A stretch of 49,488 bases of DNA from positions 36,360 to 85,847 of the forward strand of contig MU271343.1 of assembly GCA_021432655.1 (NCBI GenBank), read 5' to 3'. Shown here in pieces: positions 35,724 to 47,394 of this stretch (its first letter is position 1; each line of letters begins with the position of its first letter). The notes under the pieces were generated by a model, which saw only the letters and a program-made list of their open reading frames with translations, did not search any database and was not told where the DNA came from. Source of the stretch: Atractiella rhizophila. Lineage: Eukaryota. A program made the translations under genes and the position numbers.

Positions 35724-37064
35724 ATGTCGCACTAGTACGCCCTGTCCACTTCTCTCTTCATTAGATTGTCCTGACGCTCACTGTTAGCGACCATACTCGG
35801 GACCCATGGTGCGCTTGTGTATATATTGTAGAAAAGGTAGCTGACATTATGGTGGACGGCTAAAGCCCATGGGTTATCTTGAACGACTTTGGTGGCGCTT
35901 TTGCTATGGGAGCAATTGGAGGAACACTGTGGCACGGCATTAAAGGTGCTAGGAACTCCCCTAGGGTAAGTAGTTTCTGACATCTCTCCGTTTGTCAGGG
36001 AATGGCAGTAGACAGCTGGAGTAAAATAGTCCTGGTCCCTAGCGTTTGATAGAGTTAACTGAGGTGATGGAAGACGACATTGCCGTGAGACTTCAGCTTG
36101 AGGTGGCATTGGGCCCGTCCTGAAGTTGCATCAACTTGATTCTAGCATGTGTTGCCTTCAACACTGAGCGTTGCGCTGCCAGATCCCTCACCGTTAATTA
36201 GCTGAAGCTTTGTTGATTACCTTGTGGCAAGGTGCTTCATTCCAGTTAGGGGCTACTTTGATGCCTCTATTCGCAAGTTCCCAAAAGGTTGCATACATAC
36301 TTGCGATAGGCGATATGATGATGTTGTTCACGAAAGTCATGCTCGGTCGGTCACAATGTTTGAGTATAGCAACAGTCATCAATCAATCACAAAGTTGGAA
36401 TCCTGTTCATGTTACTCTGATCCTTTCAGAGAATAGACGAGTGGGACGTACACGACGTCATCCGAACAGGTATCGTGGCTGAATATTGAACACAAGCCTT
36501 CGCGTCTTCTTCCTAATCTTGCGTCTCTGTCCCAACTTGGAACCTTTTGAGCTTTCTTCTAGCTGTGGCAGCATAAAGCCGACACTAACTGCGTTTGGAT
36601 AATTAACAGGGAGATCGAGCTATTTCTTCGATAGCAGCCATCAAAGCTCGTGCGCCAGTCGTTGGTGGAAATTTCGGTGTATGGGGAGGGATGTTCTCTT
36701 CTTTCGACTGTGCGATCAAAGGGATAAGGGGGAAAGAAGACCCATGGAACGCCATCCTGTCAGGGTTCTGTACAGGTGGATGTTTAGGAATCCGAGGTAT
36801 GTTCTCTCGACAACAAAGGAGATCCGGATGCTGACGAAAATGCTAGGTGGACCACGGGCTATGCTCGGATCTGCAATCTCGTGTGGTATCCTCTTAGGAG
36901 TATTTGAGGGAGTAGGAGTCTTGGCTTCGCGGCTAATGGCTGAGTCGTAAGCCTTCTTCAATTACGCTGTCTATCGCTATTCCTCATTCATTGTCATTAG
37001 AACACGGCCACAACTTCCGGTGTACAGTGATCCCGCTGCTCCTTCAACAGCACAACCAGCATGA
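35724..37064 (+). CDS. TIM17: Mitochondrial import inner membrane translocase subunit Tim17, multi-exon (missed as a whole by the ORF track)
   Basis: The spliced product [47 protein letters not shown]...[23 protein letters not shown]...[12 protein letters not shown]...[10 protein letters not shown] is typical Tim17. Intron 3 spans 35966-36609. Confidence 0.96.
36315..36420 (+). ncRNA. Candidate intronic box C/D snoRNA in TIM17 intron 3
   Basis: ATGATGA (36315-36321) and CTGA (36417-36420) delimit a 106-nt span inside an unusually long intron. No convincing rRNA guide or terminal stem was identified by eye. Confidence 0.25.
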
Positions 37065-37751
37065 TTTATGCTGTCGTGCTGATTTGTGTATACCTTTTTT
37101 TTGAGTTATATGCTCGGCCGTCGTTGTTTTGTCTTTCACTTCTAGACCGTCTACACCTGGCTTGCCAGAAAAGTAATATACTCTAATCCCCTCTCAGTCA
37201 CTCGCCCGTTTTCTCAGGGAATGGTCATCAGGGTGCTCCAAATATCACGAAGTGGTCGCACCCGACTGATCGACACTTAAGGCCCTTCCGCTATTGCTTA
37301 CTTGCGTTCAAGTTACGGCCAAACTGCGATAGAAGCATTACTATAGTATGGTCCACTGAGCTCTTCAGCGTTCTCGCGCTCGATCTCCTGCCAAGTTGGA
37401 GGCTATCGTGTTTTCCCATGCCTTTCTAATTCACATCAAATCACGTCTCAATCGATCCGAGTCGTTGCGAAATTGACAAGCTTAACGTACTGGGAACGAT
37501 ATCAATTTCATTTCGGGTTCAGTCGAGGGTGCCGCCAACAACAAACTGCGCGAAGCCCCAATGAGCTCGACATGCACGAAACTACAGCATTAGCGAAGAC
37601 AATAAGGTCGTCAAAAGGAAAGGAAAGAGGAAGGCTCCGGACCTCAGGCAGCCTAAAACTGACAGAAAGACAGACAGAAAGAGAAAGACCGAATAGGACA
37701 GAATAAGGCACTGTCACCCAGCACGATGCAACGAGAAAGGCAAGAAAGAAT

Positions 37752-39036
37752 TCAGATGTCTCCAGTCTCTTCCATGCGATAAACGAGTTTGCAGGCATCA
37801 ACCTCGTTGTGTTCCAACCTCCGCAGTCCTTCTTCAACCCCTTTAAGGCCGCCGGGGATGACTTCAACGCGATGTGGCTTGATTTTATTCTCCTTCACGA
37901 TGTAATCGAACCACTCCCGGGTCAGACCCGTTTCATAGGCTGTCGAGACGGTCATCCGTAAAATGTTAAGGGAGCCATCGTCTGGTGCTGGAACGTTCGT
38001 GAAGAGGTTTGCTAAGCACGCAAAATTCAACATAATTTCGAGAGAATCAATAAAGGAGCCATCTTACCAACAATCTTGTCTTCCGCTCCGTTACGAGGCA
38101 AAGAGCAGAAAAAGTCGACGAGCGGCGTAAGGGTTTCGACTTCCGCAATTGTGTCGTACGCCTTCGTTACTAAGTGTGATCGTCCATCAAGAGCCGAAAG
38201 AAGAGCTGATGTTATCTCTTCCGAAGACATGTTGCAGCAGTTGATTACTGAAGCACCATTAAGCATTTGGGCTGAAACCAGGCCGTTCCGACGCTCACCT
38301 TCATCACATCCCAATTGTCGTGCCAATTCCTCATTCGACTTCACAACTCCAATCACCTCCAATCCAGCCTGTTTAGCAAGTTGTACTGCGAAAGATCCGC
38401 AACTCGATACCGCGCCATAGATGATGATAGGAAACTTCTCTTCAGGCTTGATAGGGTCCCATGGGGTCGGAAGGAACAGCTTTTCGAAGAGAGCCATGCA
38501 TGCTGAGGTGTAACAGAGTGGAATGGTCGCTGCTTGTTCGAACGACATCCCTTCCGGAATGTGAAAGGCGACATCCGCAGAGGCGATAGTGTAGAATTGG
38601 TAGGCTCCGTATTTCGGATGCTGCAATCTGAATGAGCTAGGCATGCCGCGAAAGGGGGAAGGAAGTAACCACAAGTAGTTTGGTCATGGCTGCCACCTAA
38701 GCCGTCGTGAGCAGAGTGCGCAGTTGAGTGAACGTTCTCTCTCACCTTGTCACCGACCTTGAAATCCGTCACCCCCTCTCCAACCGCCACCACAATCCCT
38801 GCAACATCATTACCCTGTATACCTTCCCACCCGAACATATGCACCAGCTTCCAATCCTTGAAGACATATCAATAACACCACATCATAGCCAGAACCATTC
38901 ACACCTTCGGATTGCTTGCCACTGCGACGTTTCGTATCAGAATCTCCCCCTCCTCAGGCTCTTCAACTGGCACATCCCTAAACTCCTTGCCCTCCAGTCC
39001 AATCCAATATCCCTTCTGCGTTTGCGGGAGAGGCAT
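37752..39036 (-). CDS. Second MDR enoyl-reductase-like protein (paralog of 20968-22349), multi-exon
   Basis: EILIRNVAVASNPK|DWK, GNDVAGIVVAVGEGVTDFKVGD, YGAYQFY, FEQAATIPL, IYGAVSSCGSFAVQLAK, KLVYRMEET. Confidence 0.9.
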
Positions 39037-39911
39037 CTCGTTAACCGAGTGGCTCCAAGGCCTCCACGTTTCCATGTGACAAGGTGGAAAGGCTGAAAGT
39101 GGAACGCCCTTTTTGTGCGTGGTGACAGCCCAACTCGAGCAAATTTTGAGCAAGTTCACCTCGATTGCGAAGGAAGCTTCCAATACAAAGGGAGCTTTTT
39201 ATCGTTGCTTATCGTCCTACAGAAGACGCCAGAAAGGTTCTTGGTTGCTCAAAGCTGCTTCTCGAAATAAAAAGCTGGGGGATTGGAATCAGGAATGGCA
39301 GTTCAAACCGATTGGAAGCACTTGGAGGTGAGGCGATCCAGCGGGAGGCGGACAAGTTCCGTCATTGGTGTCGTCTTCGATCGCCTTCTTCCGCTTTGAG
39401 TCTGCTTGGAAACGAAGGAAGCAGCGAGCAGTCAATAAGCGATCCATTCATGTGGGTATGATCCAGGCTGAGTTGAATTATCACCCACAAGGTTGACGCA
39501 AGGTCAACTCGTGAGTTTGGAAATGAGGAACAGTACTTCTAAACCACCGGACTGGCTCGCTCAAACCACAGTGTTCAACCATGCCTATTCGACGCACGCT
39601 AATTGCCGCTCTGCTTCCGCGGACGCAGAGACCCCCGCAAGACACCCGAAACGGAGAACAAAGCAGGAGAACGGAAGTTATATAAGTTGGACAAGTCGTA
39701 TCAGGACAACATCCAGCTGCATCGAGAGCAAAAGGGGGCAGCCACTTATGAAGACGGGCTCCACGCATATAATGGTGCGTGAAGCACAAAGAATCATTCA
39801 TATAATTCATCTACTGGCGCTTTCCCGACGTGGTACCGACATCCATGCAGGAGCTGAGCTGAGGGTCACGTTGCAAAAGTCATCAGTCTCTAATGAGCTT
39901 CTAATGGGCCA

Positions 39912-40959
39912 TTATATTTCCTGCGACTTGCCCAGCTCAATGAGCTTCTCGATATCAAACTGTTCTGGTGCTTCATGAAAGCGCACCAGCAACTGTCTCT
40001 TCTCATCATCCTCCTTACCTTCCGCCCAATAGAACTGCTGTAACTGCAACACCAACCGCATGGCATCCGTCGGTGCCAACAAAGTTCCAGTCCCGGATTG
40101 ACCGGCCGTGATCTCTCCGCGCATAAGAACAATGTCGTGAGAGGCTGCAAGGTCGGTATAGTGAGTTAGGATGAGGTGTGGTTGCGCGAAGTCGTTTTGA
40201 GAGCGATAAGCAGCGAGGGGCGTGAAGAGTACGGTGGATAGTGGAGGGACTGGCGGAGATGGAGGCTCAGGATGTGGAATAAAGCCCCATTGCTGCACCG
40301 TGCGTCATGAGCAACGTTGAATCACAAGATATCGGAGCACGGCATACCAGGAAATGCATCTCCACCGCGTCTTCGCCCCGTTTCAAAGGAACCACAAACT
40401 CCTTATATCGCTTGGCTACACGTTCCATCTCCAAATACGTCTTGAGAGGGATAACAGCACTAAGGAGGTTCCCGGATGTAGCTTGTGTGTGATGTGCGTT
40501 CCATAACTGAGAAAGTGTTTCCGCAGAGGTTTCGTATGCTGCCGGCTTCAGAATTGACGAGAGCGGCTACAAACACCGTCAGTTAATAGTCATGCATAAA
40601 GGAGCTCATGCATACTTTAACAGGTAGCTTGGGCTTTGAGGAACTAGAACTGGACGCAGCAGGAGCTGGCGTTGGTTTGACTTGAGCAGGTGGCGCAGGA
40701 GCTGGTTGTCCAACTTGGCTGGTTAGCGTTTATCAGTCCAGCACTATGCGCACAGCAATCTCGTTCGAAAGACCCATAATGACGAGGGTGGAGGAACTCA
40801 CCTTTCCTTAGCAGCTCTCAATTTCGCTGCATACTTGTCCTCGAAATGCTGCTTACGCACTTCGTCTGGCTGAGCTGGAACCGTGTAAAATCTCCTCCCA
40901 AGTTCCTGTAAATCCCTTGCTGATAAAAATCCAGCCATTCTAGGCCGCAATAGGTTCAT
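39912..40959 (-). CDS. ATP11: Mitochondrial F1-ATPase assembly factor Atp11, multi-exon
   Basis: Presequence-like N-terminus, KYAAKL, LWNAHH, LSAVIP, FVVPL, EMHFL|QW, VLFTPLAAY, AQPHLILTHYTDLA..HDIVLMRGEI, LQQFY, FDIEKLI. Confidence 0.9.
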
Positions 40960-41258
40960 GCTCCTCGAATACCAGCTGATAAGCTCGTCGTTGGCGTTGG
41001 CAAAAAAGGTCAAAAGTCGTCCCGAATGTTATTTTACACTGTGTAAATCACGTGCATCGTGAAGCATTTTTCCCTTACAGTAAAGCGCCCATGAACTTGT
41101 GAACGCGTATTTTGTGTAGCATTTGTGTTTCCAGCCTTAGAATAATAAAGTGACAGGTGTCCTTTCCTCTACCAACAATTCAAGCTCATACCAAAGAACG
41201 TCCAATGTTGGCGCAATTGACCTATGTTAGAAATGTCGGTAGGAGGATTGAGAATTGT

Positions 41259-42347
41259 TCAGGTCATGATCTCGACCTTTCCACCGCCTTTCCTCAGCTC
41301 ACCATAAGTAGCATTCAACCTCCGTTCCAAATGTTCACCAGCCGTAATTCTCTCTCCCAACTTGACACCTTTAGCCTCCAATCTCTTCTTCTCCGCCTCG
41401 TCGATCTCATTCACACCTACAGTTCCATCTCCAACAACAAGAGGCACCTCTTTATCGGGTTGATCGAAAAAGGCAATGCTCCATCGTTCCGCGCCGGCTC
41501 CATCACCGCCGTTTGGTCCAGCGGTGACTCTGTGAAGCGTGGATTTGAACTTTCCTCCCGTCCAAAACTCGAGAGCATCGCCAACGTTGACGAGTACACA
41601 GTCTGGGGGTACGTTGACAGGCGTCCACTCCTTTGACCTAGGAGGTAGGATTTCGAGCCCATTTGAGCCTGAAGGAGTTTGAAAAAGCAGCGTGAGGGAG
41701 CCATAGTCTGCATGAGCACCGGCTCGGGAGGAGAGTTTCGTTTCGTGGGCACTCGAACTTGCAGTAGAAGGTGGGTAATACAGTAGTCGCAGCGTCGATA
41801 CTGATGCGGAACTGTAGGTGTGCTGAGACGAGAAGAAGGATGTGTCGAGGGAGAGAGAGACGGCCAGAGCGTTGAGTAGCGATTGACAGAAATCGTGACA
41901 GAGCTCTTGAAAGCGACCGATTTCGTTCACTCCTTCCGATAGAACTGATGGGAGGCTTTGCTTCGTAGTGTATTTTCCATTGCTCTGATTGAAGAGACCC
42001 ATATTGAAGAACCTTTCTCGGGTGTCAAAACCAATTTATGGCACGGCCTTAGGACGGACGCACTCCTTTACATCTCCAACTTCGTCTTTTTCGGGATCCA
42101 AAGTCTCCGTCCCCAGCTTACCGTATCCACGATTATCGTTTCCAATACGACATTGCATCTTATCCTCCTCTTTCTCCTCAGCAAAGAACCGCTTGCTGAT
42201 CCCAAACACGCGGTTGGACTGGTCGAGCAAAGGGTGGCCTTTGATGTCGAGACATAAGAATCCGGTGGTTGTGAGAGCCGGCTCAAGCAGAGGAGCAAGA
42301 GCGTTGGGGGACAGATCTTTGCTGGGAATAACGGGGATTTCGAGCAT
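41259..42347 (-). CDS. 2OG-Fe(II) oxygenase (DIOX_N + 2OG-FeII_Oxy, IPNS-like), copy A; intron 42013-42063
   Basis: IPVI...GFLCL, NRGY..LG.E.LD, LRLLYYP, RAGAHADYGSLTLLF (HxD), VNVGDALEFWTGG.FKSTLHRV, RWSIAFF. Confidence 0.92.
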
Positions 42348-42409
42348 GCTGATCTTTATCCTTCATGGAGTTCTATCAGTAACCGCGTAGTGGTGACTTC
42401 GATCGCTTA

Positions 42410-42577
42410 TCAAAGAAGGCAAGACACTGACTGTTTTAAGTGTTCTGCGTTATTGTCCTCGAAATGCTGCTTACGCACTTCGTCTGGCTGAGCTGGAACC
42501 GTGTAAAATCTCCTCCCAAGTTCCTGTAAATCCCTTGCTGATAAAAATCCAGCCATTCTAGGCCGCAATAGGTTCAT
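42410..42577 (-). pseudogene. Duplicated ATP11 5' fragment forming a 55-aa chimeric ORF
   Basis: MNLLRPRMAGF...RKQHFED matches the ATP11 N-terminus, then reads across the duplication junction into NNAEHLKQSVSCLL*. Confidence 0.75.
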
Positions 42578-42881
42578 GCTCCTCGAATACCAGCTGATAA
42601 GCTCGTCGTTGGCGTTGGCAAAAAGGTCAAAAGTCGTCCCGAATGTTATTACACTGTGTAAATCACGTGCATCGTGAAGCATTTTTCTCTTACAGTAAAG
42701 CGCCACATGACTGAACTTGTGTACGCGTATTTTGTGTAGCATTTGTGTTTCCAGTCTTAGAATAATAAAGTGACAGGTGTCCTTTCCTCTACCAATCAAT
42801 TCATGCTCATACCAAAGAACATCCCAATGTTGGCGCAATTGACCTATGTTAGAAATGTGCGGTAGGAGGATTGAGAATTGT

Positions 42882-43971
42882 TCAGGTCATGATCTCGACC
42901 TTTCCACCGCCTTTCCTCAGCTCACCATAAGTAGCATTCAACCTCCGTTCCAAATGTTCACCAGCCGTAATTCTCTCTCCCAACTTGACACCTTTAGCCT
43001 CCAATCTCTTCTTCTCCGCCTCGTCGATCTCATTCACACCTACAGTTCCATCTCCAACAACAAGAGGCACCTCTTTATCGGGTTGATCGAAGAAGGCAAT
43101 GCTCCATCGTTCCGCGCCGGCTCCATCACCGCCGTTTGGCCCAGCAGTGACTCTGTGAAGCGTGGATTTGAACTTTCCTCCCGTCCAAAACTCGAGAGCA
43201 TCGCCAACGTTGACGAGTACACAGTCAGGGGGTACGTTGACAGGCGTCCACTCCTTTGATCCAGGAGGAAGGATTTCGAGCCCATTTGAGCCGGAAGGAG
43301 TTTGAAAAAGCAGCGTGAGAGAGCCATAGTCTGAATGAGCACCAGCTCGGGAGGAGATTTTGGTTTCGCTAGCACTTGAAGTTGCAGTAGAAGGCGGGTA
43401 ATACAGTAGGCGCAGCGTCGATACTGATGCGGAACTGTAGGTGTGTTGGGACGAGAAAAAGGATGTGTCCAGGGAGAGAGAGACGGCCAGAGCGTTGAGT
43501 AGCGATATGACAGAAATCGTGACAGAGCTCTTGAAAGCGACCGATTTCGTTCACTCCTTCCGATAGAACTGACGGGAGACTTTGCTTCGTAGTGTATTTT
43601 TCATTGCTCTGATTGAAGAGACCCATATTGAAGAACCTTTCTCAGGTGTCAAAACCAATTTATGGCACCACTTTAGGAAGGACTCACTCCTTCACATCTC
43701 CCACCTCATCCTTTTCGGGATTCAAAGTCTCCGTCCCCAGCTTACCGTATCCACGATTATCATTCCCAATACGACATCGCATCTTATCCTCCTCTTTCTC
43801 CTCAGCAAAGAACCGCTTGCTGATCCCAAACACGCGGTTGGACTGCTCGAGCAAAGGGTGGCCTTTGATGTCGAGACATAAGAATCCGGTGGTTGTGAGA
43901 GCCGGCTCAAGCAGAGGAGCGAGAGCGTTGGGGGACAGATCTTTGCTGGGAATAACGGGGATTTCGAGCAT
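42882..43971 (-). pseudogene. 2OG-Fe(II) oxygenase copy B with a +1 frameshift near 43507
   Basis: AGCGATATGACAG versus AGCGATTGACAG in copy A. The offset between copies changes from 1623 to 1624 and the shifted frame stops at 43369. HSD and HRV motifs are retained downstream. A sequencing error cannot be excluded. Confidence 0.7.
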
Positions 43972-44757
43972 GCTGATCTTTATCCTTCAAGGAGTTCTAT
44001 CAGTAACCGCGTAGTGGTGACTTCGATCGCTTATCAAAGAAGGCAAGACACTGACTGTTTTAAGTGTTCTGCGTTAGTTGTTCGGCGTTACAAACAAGAC
44101 TGAGATTGATGTTAGTCGGTGTAAGTTCAAGTAAGTTTTTGACCTATACTGCAAGTAAAGCGGGAGAAGGATAATTTTGAGCTGTAGGGAGAATATCGCA
44201 TGGTTTGAAAGGTTACAAGGCAATACACAATACACGATCCAGTTCAAAGTGCGATATCGATAACGAAGCAGTTCGTTGATCAGAGCGTGTTGTCTTGACG
44301 CGCTCGACGTCTGATGAACCTTCAGACGTGTATTCTCTAGTCTACCATTGTGAAGACCAATCAACTTGACCACACATTGGACACTTTTGTAACTGACAAA
44401 TGATCGATTCTGGACAGAGACTTTATCATCACTATAACTGAAAGGGCTGACCTAATTTAACTCAAGTCAGAACGATAAGACAACGGCTTCCTTGTTGCTC
44501 TTCGCCTCTCAACCTTCAAGCAATGTCATAAAGTTGAGAGGGTGCAAGTCAACTAATGATAGTGCAGAACTTGATAAGGGTGGAACAAGGAAGTCTCGAT
44601 CGTTCCTCATGTAAGCTTCGGGCCTTTGACCTGAATGCCGGGAGCTGCCGATTCCCGTGTCTCAGCGAATACATATTCTTCTGCATATCCAAGCATAAGC
44701 ATATCCTCCTCTTCTTTGGACATATTGTGACTCTTTGAGACACGCAATCCTACCACC

Positions 44758-45550
44758 ATGCCACACACCTCCAGCTCTTTGATCCCCAGTTCTTCCAGGA
44801 CCACATTCTCTAAACCCACCAACCCCAACGAAGCAGAGTCAGCAGAAGATCACCCTCTCTCTCCCCTCGTCCGCACCGCTCTAACCCTCGCTAGCCAAGG
44901 ATTGGCGGTTTTAGCTGTGCTGGAAGACAAGCAGTTGTCACAAGAGTCAAAGTGCATACCGGGGTCGAGCGTGGGAAAGCATTTACGGTAAGCTTCTCTT
45001 CTCTGCTTTGCTTGTGTTGGGATGGGTGTCGAATCTCTGTTGAGACTGACAAATGTGTGATGCAAGTCATATACACGACCACTATCGCATCCTTCTCTCG
45101 TCTCTTGGTGCTGCTCCCGCTGCACGAGAAATTCCCGTAAATTACGACGAACGACACCTCTCCCGCCCCACAGAGCTCGAAATCTCCGTCCCAGCATGCA
45201 TAAAAGCCTACAACGAGCTGAAGAAGCAACTGGAAGCGCTTCTTTCCTCTCCTCCTTCTCTAGCGGAGCGCACAATTAAACTCGCGGCTGTCACACCGGA
45301 AAGAGTCGAGATGCATTCCACTGTAGCTCGAGAGGTCTGTCTTTCTCCATATATTGGACTGACTGAGTGCTGATTATTGAGAATGCCGCAACGTACACAG
45401 CTGTGGTTTGCGTCTCACCATGCTATTCACCACTACTCCCTTGCCCGCGTCATCATTACGCAAGAGCTTGGAGTGAAGGTTGGGGACGACTTTGGGGTCG
45501 CGCCGAGTACTATCGTCAGTCGAGGATTCAGAGAAGGAGCAAAACTCTGA
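44758..45550 (+). CDS. DinB/YfiT-like putative metalloprotein with C-terminal PTS1 (215 aa); exons 44758-44987, 45067-45334, 45401-45550
   Basis: The spliced product contains SSVGKHLRHIHDHY, VNYDER, STVARELWFASHHAIHHYSLARVI and DFGVAPST, and ends GAKL*. Both introns are GT-AG and in frame. Confidence 0.85.
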
Positions 45551-46041
45551 TTGCTCTCTCTCTGCCCGTGGAAGCGAGGGGAAGGAAAGGTGCCTCTGAC
45601 CTCAGAGCTTACCTGGTGATGAGGGAGGAGAGGGGGACGTTCGCGTCTTCTTTCTGCTGCAAACGAAATGTTGAAAGGAAGAGGGGAAAAGTATCATGGA
45701 CGTTGATTTAATAAGGCCACAGAGTTGTCCAGCTGCGTATTCACGGTGGCGTGGACCTTCAAGTTGATGAAAATCCTAGACGGGAGCAACATACCTCTTG
45801 CTTCCTACTTTCCTGCGGTGCCCATTTGTACATCTACTGCATTTAATCTCTGTTTCATTCCTTTCTAGTTCCACCGTCTTCGCGAGTTCAAAACAAGGAA
45901 CGATGAGTATTATTTGCACAATACAGTGAATGAGGTACTGATCAACGAATCCATCGTTAAACCTCAAGCAGAAAACTGATGAACGAAACGATCCTGACAA
46001 TCCACCCATATTCCCAACAAGAAGCTCCGAAAACGAAAGAA

Positions 46042-47394
46042 TCAGCAACCCCAAACCTTGAGTATCTTATCCAACTCCTTCGTTACTTCTCCTCCATCGA
46101 CCCCGATCCTGAATTCGCTCCCTTTCACCTCTCCCCGTTCGTAACATACGAGACAGGGAAGGAGATCGGGATCGGTCAGGCTTTCGAGTTCGAGGAGCGG
46201 AGAGGAGAGGGCGATGGATGGGAGACGGAGGTAGGTTACGTCTGAATTGGTGGAGGAGCGGATGCGGTTGGCGAGTGCGTTGAGGACATGGGTTGAGAAA
46301 TCGGACTACAAACATTTTATCGATCGGTGAGGCACAAATCAAATAATAAATGAGAGACGCACAGAATCATAGATGCATAATACGATCTTGTCACCTTTAT
46401 CGATTCGATTCAATAACGAAAGTTCCGTGACATGCCTCAAATGGCTTCTCTTCCCACCGTCTCTCTCCAACGCCAACGCGAGCTCATCATCCTCCTCTCC
46501 GTCCTCCTCCTCTTCATTCGTCTCCTTCTCCGCTTTCGCAGTCAAGCTCCCTCCCAACGCAACAGTCCTCTTCCCCATCCCCCCAACAATCACACCAACG
46601 CCATGGCCCGTGCCCGCCATCCTCTCCTTTCCAGGTCGACGAAACTCCTCTTCACTTTCAGAACTCGCTTCCCGCTCCTCCTCCGCTTCATCATCGTCGT
46701 TATCGTTCGCATTGCGAGACGACGGACGGGCGGTCCAGAAGGATGGACGCGAGGTAGACTCTGTGAGGTCCCCACTGGAAAAGTCTGCGAGAACACCCTT
46801 CACCCCTGTTCGGGTGGTTTTTCGTGCATCTGAATTAGGGAACGAAAGTGAGTATTCATAGATCGCGATCGAGAGGAGGTTCGTGGAACATTTCATTTCT
46901 CAAGAATGAAATTTGCCCAGGATGCTTTGGTGACTCGCACTGGACTAGAGTAGTATCCTGCAGCACATTATGCAAGAAAATGAAGATCTGTGCGGAAAGT
47001 ACGGAGGTGATTACACCCGTTGATATGTTTAGCATCGAGTTGAAAGAAGCAAGATCAAAATCTGGAGCCTCACAAATGCACAACTCTCAGCTTCAATCTC
47101 GTTGAAGAGGTAAAATTTCTGCATTCAGTAAGAATCTTTGCCACTCGAGCGACTTCTAACTTGCTCCCAACCCAACTGCTTCGTACAAAAGCGACAAAAC
47201 GCACCTTTATAATCATTCAGCACGCCCTTGGGACCAGTTTGCGAAGCCTTGAATCCGCTTCCTCCAGAAGAATCGGACAGTACGCCTTTAGGTCCTGTCT
47301 GAAAAGCGTTGTGGAGGTAGGAAGACTGGGGAGTAGGATCGTTGAGCGACGCTTCGAGCTCTTTGAGGGAGGCAAGGTCTGGGAGTGAGTCCAT
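46042..47394 (-). CDS. Phosducin-like protein (PhLP1/BDM-1 type), multi-exon; 3' end uncertain
   Basis: TGPKGV-type motifs, an acidic linker, then a thioredoxin-like part (HLRHV...IVLCIYD, DLLPCLVCYERGE). Intron 1 spans 46830-47204. Confidence 0.8.

Larger units (their letters stand above)
40835..44076. repeat. Tandem duplication: unit A 40835-42452, unit B 42453-44076
   Basis: Near-identical co-linear units of 1618 and 1624 bp, each carrying the ATP11 5' end and promoter and a 2OG oxygenase gene. Junction GCGTTA|TTGTCC, with TA.TTGT microhomology at both outer ends. Confidence 0.93.

Noticed and set aside
39113..39978. Plus-strand ORFs (up to 161 aa) between the MDR gene and ATP11
   Set aside because: No recognisable domain or splice-supported model, and partly overlapping the ATP11 3' end.
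13699..47394. Adenylate cyclase, MHYT sensor and phosducin-like gene as a signalling cluster
   Set aside because: They are separated by unrelated housekeeping genes (DPH2, DBF4, TIM17, ATP11); without conserved synteny, proximity is not evidence.
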